64,000 nt of DNA, from the NCBI RefSeq assembly GCF_036321535.1, contig NC_087437.1:62126001-62190000 (forward strand), in the 5' to 3' direction. Numbering within the stretch: position 1 is the stretch's first letter; every line of letters starts with the position of its first letter. A program made the translations under genes and the position numbers. Shown piece by piece: positions 39,166 to 51,472 of this stretch. Origin of the DNA: Camelus dromedarius (Eukaryota). The notes below the pieces were generated by a model that was not told where the DNA came from, made no database searches, and was given only the letters and a program-made list of their open reading frames with translations.

Positions 39166-40669
39166 TCACGCATCCATGAGAGCTGCTTTTTTTCTTTTTT
39201 TTTCCTGTTACTAGCATCTTTGGCTGAAAAAGTGATTTTACGTATAAACCTGAGAGAGGGGAGCTACTGGGGTTACTTGAAGTCAAAAGCAGTCTTTACT
39301 GCTTGGCCCACTTCCTGTGAGCAAATTCTGTTCTCCAGCTGGAAAAAGAAATAATCGGTTTGGAAACTCCAGGTGCAAACAGTCATATTCAAGTCTGGCA
39401 TCACCCTCTGCATGTTAGAGACATTGGACACCTGGGAAGGCGAGGCCTGTGCGAATGATAATCATTCCTGCAGTTTTAACATTTGTTTTTAAAATTCTAA
39501 TATATCTGACCATGAATAGTCCTGTTGATCTGACCAAATACTGATGAAATGGCATTGTTGTCTCCATCACACTCGGCATTTACTCAAAAATCAGTTTGAA
39601 TTCTGAGGTAAATGCAGGAAAATATAGATTTCTTTCTTTGTCTCTCTCCTGACTGTTTCCCCTACATTTATTGGGTTCCCCCCAATACAGATAGAAATGT
39701 CTGCTCTAAATTTGGGGAACACTGACAAGGATGTTATGTCTAGTTGCAAAGTGAGCCAATCTCAGTGAAGAGTGGAGCCTGTTTCATAAGCTCACCCTCA
39801 AATACAGAAATTGTATTACCTTCTTGTCTTTACATAAAAGGTCCAAAGCTTACAGTATTTGCTTCTCAGAGCACTTTTCATATAGTCATGTATCATAAAG
39901 TATTTATTGATTGCTTGCAACGTAATTAGCAAATGCAGGGGATTTTTAAGAGGTACCATCAGCATAAAATTTTTTTGTTTTTAAAAGGTGTTTGCATTCT
40001 TGGTGGTGCTGATGGGAACAAACTTATGCATGAAATAATAACAGAATACAGAGCCAGATAATTAATTTCATGGCATCAGCAGTAAGCATAGTATTTATTC
40101 AGAAAAGGGGGATGAGGAAAGGCTTCATAGCAAAGAAGGAACTTGCCTGAGACCTGAGTAGAACTTTTTTGGCTAAGAGAACAGCAAAAGCAGAGCGACA
40201 GGAAGGAGAGTGACCTGCTGCCCCTAGGGGTCTTAAAGGGACGGACCTGGTAAGAGAAGGCGGCTGAGGAACTGTGGAAAGTGAGGTTGCTGTTATTTCC
40301 AAATACTTATTTGAAACTGTGTTTCAAATATTTTTTAAGAGGTCATATCATGACTCTCAGGCAAATATAAACATGTGCCAAAGATGTTATTTAACTTAAT
40401 AATTGGTGGAGGACCAGTAAGATGTTAAGGAGCAGTTGAGAAGTGAGATACGGATCCTGGATGGATACAGATCAGATCCATCAATTCCTAGTTAGGCAAT
40501 TTCATAAATAAATGTGAGGATAACATTGCTGAGTTAGATACAGCACTGGCTTATGTCTTATAGGACAACAAACCCTAATCTTTTGAGTTATCCTTTCTAC
40601 CAAACAGAAGTTCTGTGCATCTCTGCTGGAAAAAAAAAATCTGTAAGTTAACATTATAACTTCACTAAG

Positions 40670-40915
40670 TCTGGGATATGAAGGGATAAATTTGGGAGTT
40701 TGAGATTTGCAAATGATAACCACCAAATATAAAAATAGACAAAAGAACAAGTTTCTTCTGTATAGCACAGGGAACTACATTTAATATCTTGTAATAACCT
40801 TTAAAGAAAAAGAATATGAAAACAAGTATGTGTATGCATATGCATGACTGGGACATTATGCTGTACACCAGAAATGGACACATTGTAACTGACTGTACTT
40901 CAATTAAAAAAAAAC
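40670..40915 (+). mobile_element. Short L1 3'-UTR insertion (sense to gene)
   Basis: 'gggataaatttgggagtttgagatttgcaaat...ctgtatagcacagggaacta...tgctgtacaccagaaat...tgactgtacttcaattaaaaaaaa'. Confidence 0.85.
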
Positions 40916-41458
40916 ACACATTTAATCAATAGTAAACAGTGAGAAAAACTAAGTGCAAACACCTAGATAGTCCTTGGGTAGCCTTTGTTCCATATTGACA
41001 TTGAAAGGATGTGCTGCCTACTTTTTTCCCCTTATTTCTAAGTTTTATGTAATTTTAAAAATAATAGTGACATACAAAGAAATGGAGAAAAAAACTGGAG
41101 TTTGATTCAGTGCCTTTCTAAGGCACTGAGATGGGACGCCCTGCTTTGTGTTTCTGTTCTCTGCTTTAGTTCTTGACAGAGGAGTCTAAAGGTCTCTCTG
41201 GCCCAGAGTCCCATCTTCTTCCTCCCATAGTCTTTTTATCTTACTTACCACCCACAGTCATTCTCCCCTCTGGATGGTGGGAGAGATGTAGTCAAGAAGA
41301 AAGGGCGCCCGAGGCAGGGTTTCTGGGCAGGAAGGGCTCATGTAAGCCCCATGCCAGTTCCCAGGTGTTGAATTCTGACGGGTGAGCAGGGTCCCCAGTG
41401 CCAGGCTGCCCCGATGGTATTTGTCTTGCTGACTCTTCTACCTAGAACTGCCTGTCAG

Positions 41459-41690
41459 TGTGTTGCAGGTGCCATGTACATCACCGGCTTCGCCGAATCC
41501 ATCTCAGATCTACTGAGCCTCAGGAACATCTGGGCCGTGCGAGGAATTTCAGTTGCGGTGCTCCTGGCCTTGCTGGGCATTAACCTAGCAGGTGTCAAGT
41601 GGATAATCCGCCTCCAGCTGCTGCTGCTGCTCCTGCTGGCCGTGTCCACACTGGACTTTGTGGTGGGCTCCTTCTCACACCTGGACCCAG
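41459..41690 (+). CDS. SLC12A8: SLC12A8 coding exon ([79 protein letters not shown]3-TM5); gene continues beyond the window
   Basis: CCC motifs 'AMYITGFAE' and 'GVKW'. The in-frame acceptor is AG at 41457-41458; donor 'CAG|gtaagc' at 41691; 232 nt, phase 0-1. Confidence 0.97.
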
Positions 41691-42063
41691 GTAAGCCTTC
41701 TGGAGCTCAATAGCTGGCCTTACTGGGGTCTGTGCTTCTTTCTAGATGCTTTTGGGTCTGAGTTTGCAGGACGACTCCTGAGAGCTTTTGCCTGCAATGA
41801 GCGTGTGCTGTTCCTGGAGCAGGTGAAGGGTGTGTCTTGGCGCATCTTCAGAGGCCCGAAAGCCCCTCTTCACTTAGACATCTTCACTTGGCACATTTCC
41901 TGTGTTTCTTTTTATTTGCTTTCTGTTTAAAAAAGCCAAGAAAACTTAGCTAAAGGAAAGAATGGAGTAGAACTGGATTAGACAAAGATCAATTCATAAC
42001 AGTGATTGGGAGAGTGAGCAAGAAATAGATCTGGGAGTAGGCAAGGAAAGAGAGTTTAATTTT

Positions 42064-43351
42064 TTAAATTAAATTTAATTTTTAACACCTTTATTGTGGT
42101 CTGGTTCCTGTACAGTAAACTGCATATTTCAGATGTTCAATTTGATGAATTTTGATAGATGTATGTATCAATGAAGCCACCTCCACAATCAAGATAGCTA
42201 ACATTTCCATCACTGCCTCAGAGGTACAAATTTTGAATTCCCAGTTTATCCCTTCCCACCCCCTTTACCCTCTGGTAACCATAAGTTTGTTCTGTGAGTC
42301 TGTTTCTGTTTTGTAGATAAGTCCATTTGTGTCCTTTTTTTTTAGATTCCATATATAACCTATATCATATGGTATTTTTCTTTATCTTTCTGATTTATTT
42401 CACTTAGAATGACAGTCTCCACGTCCATCCATGTTGCTGCAAATGACATTACTTTATTCTTTTTTATGACTGAATAGTATTCCATTGTATATATGTATAC
42501 CTCATCTTTATCCAGTCATTTGTCGATGGACATTCGGTTTGTTTCCATGTCTTAGCTACTGTAAATAGTGCTGCTGTGAACATTGGGGTGGATGTGTCTT
42601 TTTGAATTAGAGTTTTCTCTGGATATATGCCTGGGAGTGGGGTTGCTGGATCATATGGTAAGTCTAGTTTTAGTTTTTTGAGGAATCTTCATACTGTCCT
42701 CTGTAGTGGCTGCACCAATTTCCATTCCCACCAACAATGTAGGAGGGTTCCTTTTTCTCCACACCGTTTCCAGCATTTATCATTTGTAGACTTTTTTCAT
42801 GATGGCTATTCTGACTGGTATGAGGTGATATCTCATTGTAGTTTTGATTTGCATTTCTCTAACAATTAGTGATGTTGAGCATCTTTTCATGTGCTTGTTG
42901 GCCATCTGGATGTCTTCTTTGGAGAGATGTCTATTTAGGTCTTCTGCTCATTTTTTGATTGGGCTGCTTGGTTTTTTTGTTGTTGTTGTTTATTTGTTTT
43001 GTTATTTTTTTTGATATTAAGCTGTATGAGCTGTTTGTATATTTTGAAAATTAGTCCCTTGTCAGTCACATCATTTGCAAATATTTTCTCCCATTCTGTA
43101 GGTTGTCTTTTCATTTTGTTGATGGTATCCTTGGCTGTGCAAAAGCTTTTAAGTTTCATTAGATCCCATTTGTTTATTTTTGCCTTTATTTCCATTACTC
43201 CAGGAGCTGGTTTGAAAAAAACGTTGCTGTGATTTATGTTGAAGAGTGTTCTGCATGTTTTCCGCTTGGAGTTTTATAGTATCTGGTCTTACATTTAGGT
43301 CTTTAATCCATTTTGTTTATTTTTGTGTATGGTGTTAGAGAATGTTCTAAT
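42064..43351 (-). mobile_element. 5'-truncated LINE-1 (~1.3 kb)
   Basis: Minus ORF 42935-43195 '[38 protein letters not shown]' is L1 ORF2 C-terminal sequence. 16-bp TSD aagaga(g/t)tttaatttt at 42048-42063 and 43352-43367. Confidence 0.95.
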
Positions 43352-43984
43352 AAGAGATTTTAATTTTATCAGTCGTATTTTGTTTCTTTTTAAAAAAGGA
43401 TGTGATGCAAATATAACAAATGTTAACAGTTGTCATTTCTGGGAGATGGAGACAGATATATGTGTGTTTATCTCTAGTTTTCAATTTTTTTTTTTCAAAA
43501 CAAAAATACGCATCTAAGCTTAGAGAAAGAAAACAAGCAGCCAGGTATTCTCTTGCACCATCAAGAAATTGTGTGATATATTGGTACTCAGTCATCACTG
43601 TTTACTCCAACCCTGGGTTTTCCTCCGCCTTGAGGATGCTTGGCAACTCTAATTCTATATCCTATGCTTTGAGTGGGAAGCTGTTACCCAAAGTGTCCAT
43701 AACTTTGTTGTTTGTTAACTTTGATTTGGGATGGTTTGGCATCAAAAGTCTGTTTCTCCCCAGAGTACAGAATGAAATCTGGGATGCTGTAGGAAAAAGG
43801 TAATTGCCTGATATTTCACACTTTGGAGATTCTGTCTGTTTAATGGTAATAGTGCCAGGCATCTATGTTGGAATATGAACAGAGAAAGGGAGATGGGGCC
43901 ACAGTGATGTTAAAAAAGAAATACAGAATAAAGGAGCTCTGGAGCACAGAGCTCTGATGGTGGTGGCAGTGACAGCAGCTGTAT

Positions 43985-44160
43985 CTGATGAGCACTTCTG
44001 TTCAGGTGCTGTGCTTAGCACCTCACATGGCTTATCTCATGTAAGCCTTATGGTAACCTCATGGGAGCTGTAGTAAAATCACACCCATTTTACAGATGAG
44101 GAGAGTGGGGATTGCAGAGCCGGGAATGAAACTGGATCTATCTGACTGTAAAGCTGAGCT
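43985..44160 (-). mobile_element. MIR SINE
   Basis: 'cccattttacagatgaggagagtgggg' core with typical flanks. Confidence 0.7.
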
Positions 44161-45242
44161 GTTCCCTGAGAGGGGAACACTACGGACTGTCTTAGCAGCT
44201 CGGCTTCTCCCCTTCAAGGCTGCCCCTGGTGTGTGTTCTAAACAATCTCGTCTTTCAGACAAATGTTGATTGCAGGAAGGTCATAATTTAGTTGGTACAC
44301 ACTGATCTGGCCTTATTACTTTTTCATATATTAAAATTCTTCTGTGGGAAAATAGTCACTGCTCTGAGCTTGCTAAGTGCCCCTCACCCTCTGGCATCCT
44401 GGTCCGGCCTCCAGTACCTCCAGACCACTCCATGATCAAACATCTAAAGTCTTAACCCCTGTACAGCAGGGGCCCCCAGGACCTGCTCCAGTGCTAAGGG
44501 CCAATGCCGTGTCCAAACGATCCTTCCAAGCCTGGGCCTTGCAGCTGGCTGAACATTAGGAGCATCTCCATTGGAGGGAAGGAGTGATTTTTTCCCCCTG
44601 GCTTTGTACCCCACTGCAGAGAGAGCCCACATCCTGAGAGAGACCTGCTGGCTGTTTGGCCATCAAACTGTCAGTGAGGAGAGAGAGGGAGTGCGCTCCA
44701 GCCTCCATTCCCGGGGCCTTTCCCCTGTCGGCATGGTTGCTGAAACAGCATGGTTAGTTAAGTTGCAGGGGGACGGCTACTGGCTTCTTTGGAACCTCCG
44801 CAGGCTGATGTGTTTTCCTTCTCGACTAGAAGTTTTCTTGGCTGCTCTTCTGACTTACTCCAAATATTTCTCTTTCCTTCTGGTCAGGACATTACCAGGG
44901 TGTAGTGTGAAATGAAATGTATTTTCAATCATTCCCATAGCAACTGGCCCCTCTAGAATCTGTTTTTGGTATCACTGGTGTTTTATATGGGCTACTTTCT
45001 TTGCAGTTAAAAACCCAAGCTGAAACTAGACCATAAGCCTTCAGAATGGATTTAGCAGAATGATTTCAACTCTTTAAAAAAAAAATGACGTACACATGGA
45101 CATCTGAAAAAAATGACTGGAAGAGAGACTGGAAGGAACTGTACTAAGCAGGGCTTGTCTGTTGGCTGAGATAATGGGGGCTGTATTATCTTATTTCCAC
45201 TTTTCCTTCAATTGGTTAGTGCCACCTTAAAAAAATAATCAA

Positions 45243-45645
45243 CAGGCTTTAGTTTTTGGAGCAGTTTTAGGTTTACAGAAAGTCAGCAGGTAGTACAGAA
45301 GTCCCCAGACCCTTCCCCTCTCCTTGCCCAGGAGCTTCCTCTGTTAACAGCTTGCGTCAGTGTGATACGTTTGTTATACTCGATGAACCAGTAGCAACAC
45401 ATTGTTATTAACTAAAGTCCATGGTTTAGATGAGGATTCATCCTTTGTGTTGTACATTCTAGAGGTTTCGACAAATGTATAATGATATGTGTCCACCATT
45501 ACAGTGTCATACAGAGTAGTTTTAATGTCTTAAAAATCCCTGTGCTCCAACTGTTTCATCCCCCTCCCCCACTGCTACCCCCCAACTCCTGGCAACTGCT
45601 GATCTTTTTACTGTCCCTATAGTTTTGCTTTCTCCAGAATGTCAT
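45243..45645 (-). mobile_element. L1MC-like 3' end
   Basis: 'gagcagttttaggtttacagaaa...cattgttattaactaaagtccatggtttagatgagg...cctggcaactgctgatctttttactgtc'. Confidence 0.8.
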
Positions 45646-45960
45646 TGGTCTATTCCCTAATACCACACTGTTTTGATTATTATGGCTTTTCAGTGAGTCT
45701 TGACGTTGGGTAGTGTCAGTCCTCCAACTTTGTTCCTTTTCACTAGTGTTATTTTTAAGGTCAGGAAAAAAATGTTTTAAAAATACACTTAAGCCTAATT
45801 TTCTCTTTTTCCTCCCTTTCTTTAAATATAAATGACTTTCAAAATTCAAACAATCTTAAATGTATGAAGTAAAAATGTAGAAAGCAAAAACAAAGCAAAA
45901 CAAACAAACCCCCCCCGCCCCCGCCATTTCCCCACTTTTCTCCAGAGGAGGTCGGCATAG

Positions 45961-46515
45961 GTATTCATTAGCCATTGTGTGACACAGATTACCACAAAAC
46001 GTAGTTGCACAAAACAATAGTAAACATGTATTATTTGTTGCCTTTTCTGTGGGCCAGGGATTTTGGTATGGCTTGGCTGATGGTTCTGGCTCAGGGTTTA
46101 CTCATGAGGTTTGGGCAGTTGTCAGCAGGGGCTGCAGTCATGTGAAGGCTTGACTGGGGCTGGAGGACCTGACTGGCTCGTTGGTATTAGTTGTTGGCAG
46201 GAGGCCTCGGTTCCTCTCCATGTGGTCCTTTCCTGAGAGCTGCTTACTTAAGTCCTCAAGTCGTGGGTGACTGGATTTCCCAAGAGCATATAGGGAGGCT
46301 GGGGGGTTGAGCAGGGCGTGGAGAGAGCGAGAGATGGTGCTGTCTTTTAATGATCTTGCCTCAGAAATCACACAGCAGCACTTTTACCCCAGGCTGTTTG
46401 TTAGAAGCAGGTTACTTGGCCCAGCCCTCATTCAAAGGGAGGGGATTTAGTTTCCACCTTTTGAATGAAGACGTGTCAGAGAATTTGCAGACATGTCTAA
46501 AAAAACACTGCAATT
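45961..46515 (-). mobile_element. MaLR solo LTR (MLT1 family)
   Basis: 'gcagtcatgtgaaggcttgactggggctggagga', 'gttggcaggaggcctcggttcctctccatgtgg' and 'gaatttgcagacatgtctaaaaaaacac'. Confidence 0.7.
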
Positions 46516-47471
46516 AATTTTAAAATCAGAAAACAAACACAAGAGGTTGGTGTCTTTCCAGTCTGTTTTCTATACATGTACAGGCACGCCTGCTCACATA
46601 CCCATACATAAACACATAAACAAAGTTCTTTGTGAAAATGTAATTCTGCATTGTTTTGCTCTTCTTCTCCCAACCAATAATGTCTCATGGACATCTTGCA
46701 ATGTCAGTGCATTTAGGATTCCCTCATTCTTTTTCAGTACCTGCATAGTGCTCCATAGTCCGTATAAAACATTAATTTATTGATGGATATTTAGGTTTTT
46801 TTCCAGTTTGTTGCTATTACAAGTTGCTGACATGCATATCCTTGGACAAAATCTGAAGGATTATTTCTGGAGGATCAAGGCTTATCAGTAGAATTCATAG
46901 GAGAGAGGTCAAGCACATTTAATATTTTGTGAGGTTCTGCCAAACTGCCTTGCAATAACGTTGTCTCATTCTGCACTCCCACTGACAGTATGTAAGAGAT
47001 ACTGATTCCCCTTACCCTTGACCATATTGGATATGGTCAGTCTTTTAAATTTCTGCCATGTGATGAGCAAAAATTGTGATCCTTTTAAAAATTTGCTTTG
47101 CTTCAATCATTAATGAAGATCATTTTTTCTCATGTTTTTGTTGCCTCTTGTATTTCTTTTTCTTTGAATTGTTTGTACTCTCCCTGTTTTTCTTTTAGGT
47201 TGTCTTACTTTTTAATGATTAATAGCTCTTCTACCTTATTAATTAATTCAGCATAAAACAAATATTTGTTTAGCATTATATTAGCACTAGACAATGTTTG
47301 TTACGTATGTTGAAAAAATTTTCTAACATGTCATTTGTTCTTCTAAAGTTAATTTTTATATGTAATAAAGTAATACATAGAGTAAAAATACTCATTTTTG
47401 AGCCACATTGTGTAGCCTGATTGCTTTCTTCTTGTATCTTTTCGGCTTTTCCTAAAATCAAACTTACTCCG

Positions 47472-47930
47472 TGTATGAGTGTCCTAGGGCTGCCCTAACA
47501 GATTGCCACAAACTTGGTGGCTTAAAACAATAGAACTTTATTCGCTCACCATTCTGGGGGCTGGAAGTGTGAAATCAAGGTGTTAGCAGGGCCACACTGC
47601 CTTCAAAGCCTATGGCAGAGAATCCTTCCTTGTCTCTTCCAGCTTCTCCTGGCTGCAGGAGTTCCTTAGCTTGTGGCTGCATCGTTCCAACCTCTGCCTC
47701 TGACTTTATATAGCGTCTCCTCTCACCTCTCCTCTGTGTGTGTCTTATAAGGCCAACTTGTCACTGGAAATAGGTCCAACTTGAATAATCCTGGCTGACC
47801 TCATCTCAGGGTCCTTAACTTAATTACATCTGCAGAGACCTTTTTTCTTTGCAAATGAGATCACATTCTCAGATCCCCACCATTAGGACATGGACATATC
47901 TTTTGGAGGGGCCACCATTCAAACTGTTAC
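47472..47930 (-). mobile_element. MaLR solo LTR (MLT1C-like)
   Basis: 'tgtatgagtgtcctagggctgccctaacagattgccacaaacttggtggcttaaaacaatagaa...gaaatcaaggtgttagcagggcc...aattacatctgcagagacc'. Confidence 0.85.
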
Positions 47931-48251
47931 ATTCCATTTTTTTCACTTGCTTTATTTTCCGGGTGATTATCACTGTTTTAAAAAATGCTCCATAGAGCGT
48001 TCAAATGCTTGTGGGCCTCTCTCCTAGTGCCCCCTGGAGTCTCTTAGAGACCTCCCCCTCACTGTTCTCCTGTCTGGACGGCCTGGGTCACAGCTGTGGT
48101 ATTGGTATTTGCCTTCCTGGCTCCCAGGTGTTGGTCTGTTGTCTGGATGCCAAATCATCCTCTGCTGTCTGTGATGGAGATGTCACTTTTCTACTTTCAT
48201 GTCTGATTGGTAGGAGATACAAAGTCCTAGGCTGAAAATCCTTTTCCCTTA

Positions 48252-49186
48252 TGTAATACTGTGATTTATAATAAGAAATATATATTTGGTCTTCATCCAT
48301 TCCTGGCATAGAGCTCCTAAAAGCCTTAGAATTTCCAGTGATGAGAACTACAGGGTGTCGGAGGAGGGTATAGCTCAGTGGTAGAGTGTGTGCTTAGCAT
48401 GCATGAGGTCCTGGGTTCAGTCCCCAGTACCTCTATTAAATAAATAAATAAGCAAACAACCAAACAAACAAACTTAATTACCTCCCCCCCCAAAATAAAT
48501 AAATAAAAAGAACTATAAGGTGTCTTTTTTATGTTAATGAAGTGACTTTTGGAGAGTACCTCAGGATGGGGGCTGGTTGCCAGTGGAGCCAACCTTGTGG
48601 TTTGAGTGTTGGAAATGTCAGTCACCCTCCCTCCCCTACCTCAGGGGAGAGAAGAGGGGCTGGAGATTGAGTCCAAACACCAATGACCAAAGATTTAATC
48701 AACCATGCCTCTGTAACGAAGCCTCCATAAAAACCCGAAAGGACTGGGTTTGGAGGGCTTCCAGGCTGGTGAGCACACGGAGGTGTTGGAGAGGGGCTTT
48801 TGGAGAGCGTGGGAGCTCCATGCCTTGCCCTGGGGCATCTCTTCTACCCAGCCGTTCCTGAGTTACATCCTTCTGTAATAAACTGGTGATCTAGTGAGAC
48901 GCATGTTTCTCTGAGTTCTCTGAGCCACTCTAGCAAGTTAACGGAATCCAAGAAGGGGATCTTCAGAACCTTGAGTTTATAGCCTGGGGGTCAGAAGCAT
49001 GGGTGACAGCCTGGCCTTGTGATTGCCATCGGAAGAGGAGGGGGCAGTCCTGTAGGACGGAGCCCTTAGTTGTGGGACCTGACGCTCCTTCCGAGTAGAT
49101 AGTGTCAGAATTAAGTTGACTTATAGGATCCTGAGCCGAATTGCCAGAGAATGCTTGGTGTGGGGAAGTGAACATGAAGTCAGGAA
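48252..49186 (+). mobile_element. MER21C-like solo LTR inserted in HAL1
   Basis: Starts 'tgtaatactgtgatttataataagaaatatatatttggtc'. 5-bp TSD CCTTA at 48247-48251 and 49187-49191. Confidence 0.85.
48360..48508 (+). mobile_element. tRNA-derived SINE (camelid Vic-1-like)
   Basis: A box 'tagctcagtgg', B-box-like 'ggttcagtcc', an A-rich linker, 'taattacctcccccccc' and an A tail. 16-bp TSD at 48344-48359 and 48509-48524 (2 mismatches). Confidence 0.9.
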
Positions 49187-50000
49187 CCTTAGAATTTTGA
49201 AGTCACTGTTGCTCTACCTTCTGCCATTCAGTGGCACCTAGGAGTTTGGTGCTGTTCTGATTTCTGATCTGGGGAGGTAAACTGTTTCTTCTCAAAGTGC
49301 TTAGAATGTTCCTTTTACTCTGAGGTTTTAAATTGCATAATGAAATTTTTCTCAATTGGCCTGGGCGCTTTCCATCTAGAATTTGCAGAGTTCTTTGACA
49401 ACTTCTTCTCCTTTGTTTTTTCTGGCTTTGTTTGTTTTTTTAAATTTTCTTGAATTCTGACTAGTTGGATGTTGGAGCTCCTGGTTTGAACCTTCTGTTA
49501 TTTTTCTAATCTTCTTTTTTCTGTAGTTTATTGCTTTTTTTTCCCCTCCTTACTTTATGGGAGAGTTCCTTACCTTTACTTCCACCATTTTAATTGAATT
49601 TTTTTCTTTTGATGATTCTTAATTTCCAAGAGCTCTTTGCTGTTCTCTGATTGTTAATTTTTGTTTTAAATGAAGGTACTGGGAATTGAACCCAGGATCT
49701 CCTACATGCTAAGAATGCTTTCAACTACTGAGCTATACCCACGTCCAATTGTTAATTTTAAAATCACATCCTGTTCTTGTTTTATGGATATAATATCTCC
49801 TTTTGACTCTTTCAGCCTATAAATTGTAGGGGTTTTCTTTTCTTTTGAGATTTTCTTTTCTTTACGTCATCTGGTTTTCTCCAGCCTTCTTTGTCTCTGT
49901 TATCTTGTTCTGGTCTCTTTGTTATTTGCTGCAAGCTTTCTTCAGTGCTTTCTTACAATCTTTGGTTGTTCCTTCATTTTTAATAATGAAGTGCTGAAAG
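49187..50000 (-). mobile_element. HAL1-like remnant (continues from ~48170-48251)
   Basis: Joining across the LTR restores 'ctaggctgaaaatccttttcccttagaattttgaag', homologous to 60187-60215. Confidence 0.55.
49662..49747 (-). mobile_element. Short tRNA-derived SINE (Vic-1-like)
   Basis: The reverse complement reads 'gggtatagctcagtagttgaaagcattcttagcatgtaggagatcctgggttcaattcccagtacc'. TSD attgttaatttt at 49650-49661 and 49748-49759. Confidence 0.88.
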
Positions 50001-51114
50001 GCTGCTTAGAAGTTCTCCGAGTGGGTGGCAGCTGTGGGAGAAGGAGGGCATCCCTGTGGGGTGATCCTGTGGCAAGCTGGGCTGTTCCATCAGAAGCCTC
50101 CCAGATGTCAGTCTCTGTAGGTGTTTCCCCTGGGGGCACTTCGTGTTCTCCAGACAGTTCTCCAGTCTCCGGCCAGGGACTGTCTGGCTGCCACAGTCCT
50201 GGGAGCAGGGTGGAGGTGGGGCAAGGGGCTGGGGGCCTCCTGGTCAGGAGGCAGGATTTCATTTGGTCTGACGTTTTTTGCCTGGCACGTCCTCCCCTCC
50301 ACTCAAGCCACTGTGTCATAGCTCATCCTTCCATCTCGAGCCTCCGTGCCATGTCTCTCATTTCATCTCCAGGCTTCCTGGTGCAGTGGATCTTTCTTCT
50401 CACCCCCATGTCCGCACCTCCTGACTCCTTAGCCTACGGGCAAGCAGCCCGGGCCCTTCTTCCTCTCCCACCTCCTGGCCTTTCTCTTCCAAAACGTGCT
50501 TCACTGCGCCAGGCTCTGTGCAGATACAGAAAGCTCCATTAGTGGAAAAAGCTAAGTAACATGTCAACTTAATTTAAACAAGGTACACGCAAGCATTTGT
50601 TTGGCTTAGAGTTCCTAAAATGCCATTTTCTTGGATTATATTTTCATTTATGTAAGATGAGTGTCATGCCAAAATGATTTTATTGCTGGAGAAGTCAGGC
50701 AAATATAGAGAAAATACATTTTAGAAAATAAAGTGACATGTGGCACATTTTAATTCTTTGTTCTGCGTTTAAAAATGAAACAGTGTGTCTCCAAGCTAAA
50801 CTTTGTGGCCATCTAGGAAGACTGCTGACGGCCACAGCTCTGCGGAGCCCTCCCTCGGGGTGGCTCGTTGGACGGGGCCCAGCCGCCCTCGTGCTGGGCG
50901 GGCAGCTGGGCGCTGGTTCTGCTTGGTGCGGGAGGGGCTTGTGCTGCCCTGGGAGGAGGCCAGGGCCACTGCTCAGGAGCTATAGGAGTGGGTCCCACAA
51001 GTCTGACCCTGCTGTCTGCAAAATTCTTCTACCTGAGGTCTCACTGATCTCTCGATCCCCAAATCCAGAACCTTTGCTCATTTCTTATTCTTGACCCTTT
51101 TGCACCCTTGGCCA

Positions 51115-51472
51115 CTGTCTCAGTCTATTCAGGCTGCTGTAGTAGAGCACTGCACGCTGGTGGCTTATAAACAACAGACATTGATTTCTCACGCTGCTGG
51201 AGGCCGGGAGTGCAAGGCACTGGCAGATTTGATGTGTGGTGCAGGCCCGCTTCCTGGTTCATAGACAGCTGTCTTCTCCCTGTGTCCCCACGTGGAGAGA
51301 GAGAGGGGAAGCTCTTTAGGGTCTCTTTTATAAGGGCTCTGATCCCATTCATAAGGGCTCCACCTTTGTGAATGAATCACCTCCCCAAGGCCTCACCTCC
51401 TAATGCCATCACACTGGGGGTTAGGTTACAACATGTGAATTTTGCGGGGACACAAACCTTCAGTCTATAGCA
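51115..51472 (-). mobile_element. MaLR solo LTR (MLT1A-like)
   Basis: 'tgtctcagtctattcaggctgct...ggtggcttataaacaacagaca...atcacctccccaaggcctcacctcctaat...cagtctatagca'. Confidence 0.85.

Noticed and set aside
48363..48435. tRNA-like sequence with A and B boxes
   Set aside because: It is followed by a SINE body and A tail and flanked by a TSD, with no proper acceptor stem. It is a SINE head, not a tRNA gene. The same applies to 49675-49745.
49919..50542. 207-aa ORF (also the 191-aa ORF at 55515-56090)
   Set aside because: Non-ATG starts, begin in decayed repeat sequence, no recognisable domain and no supporting exon structure.
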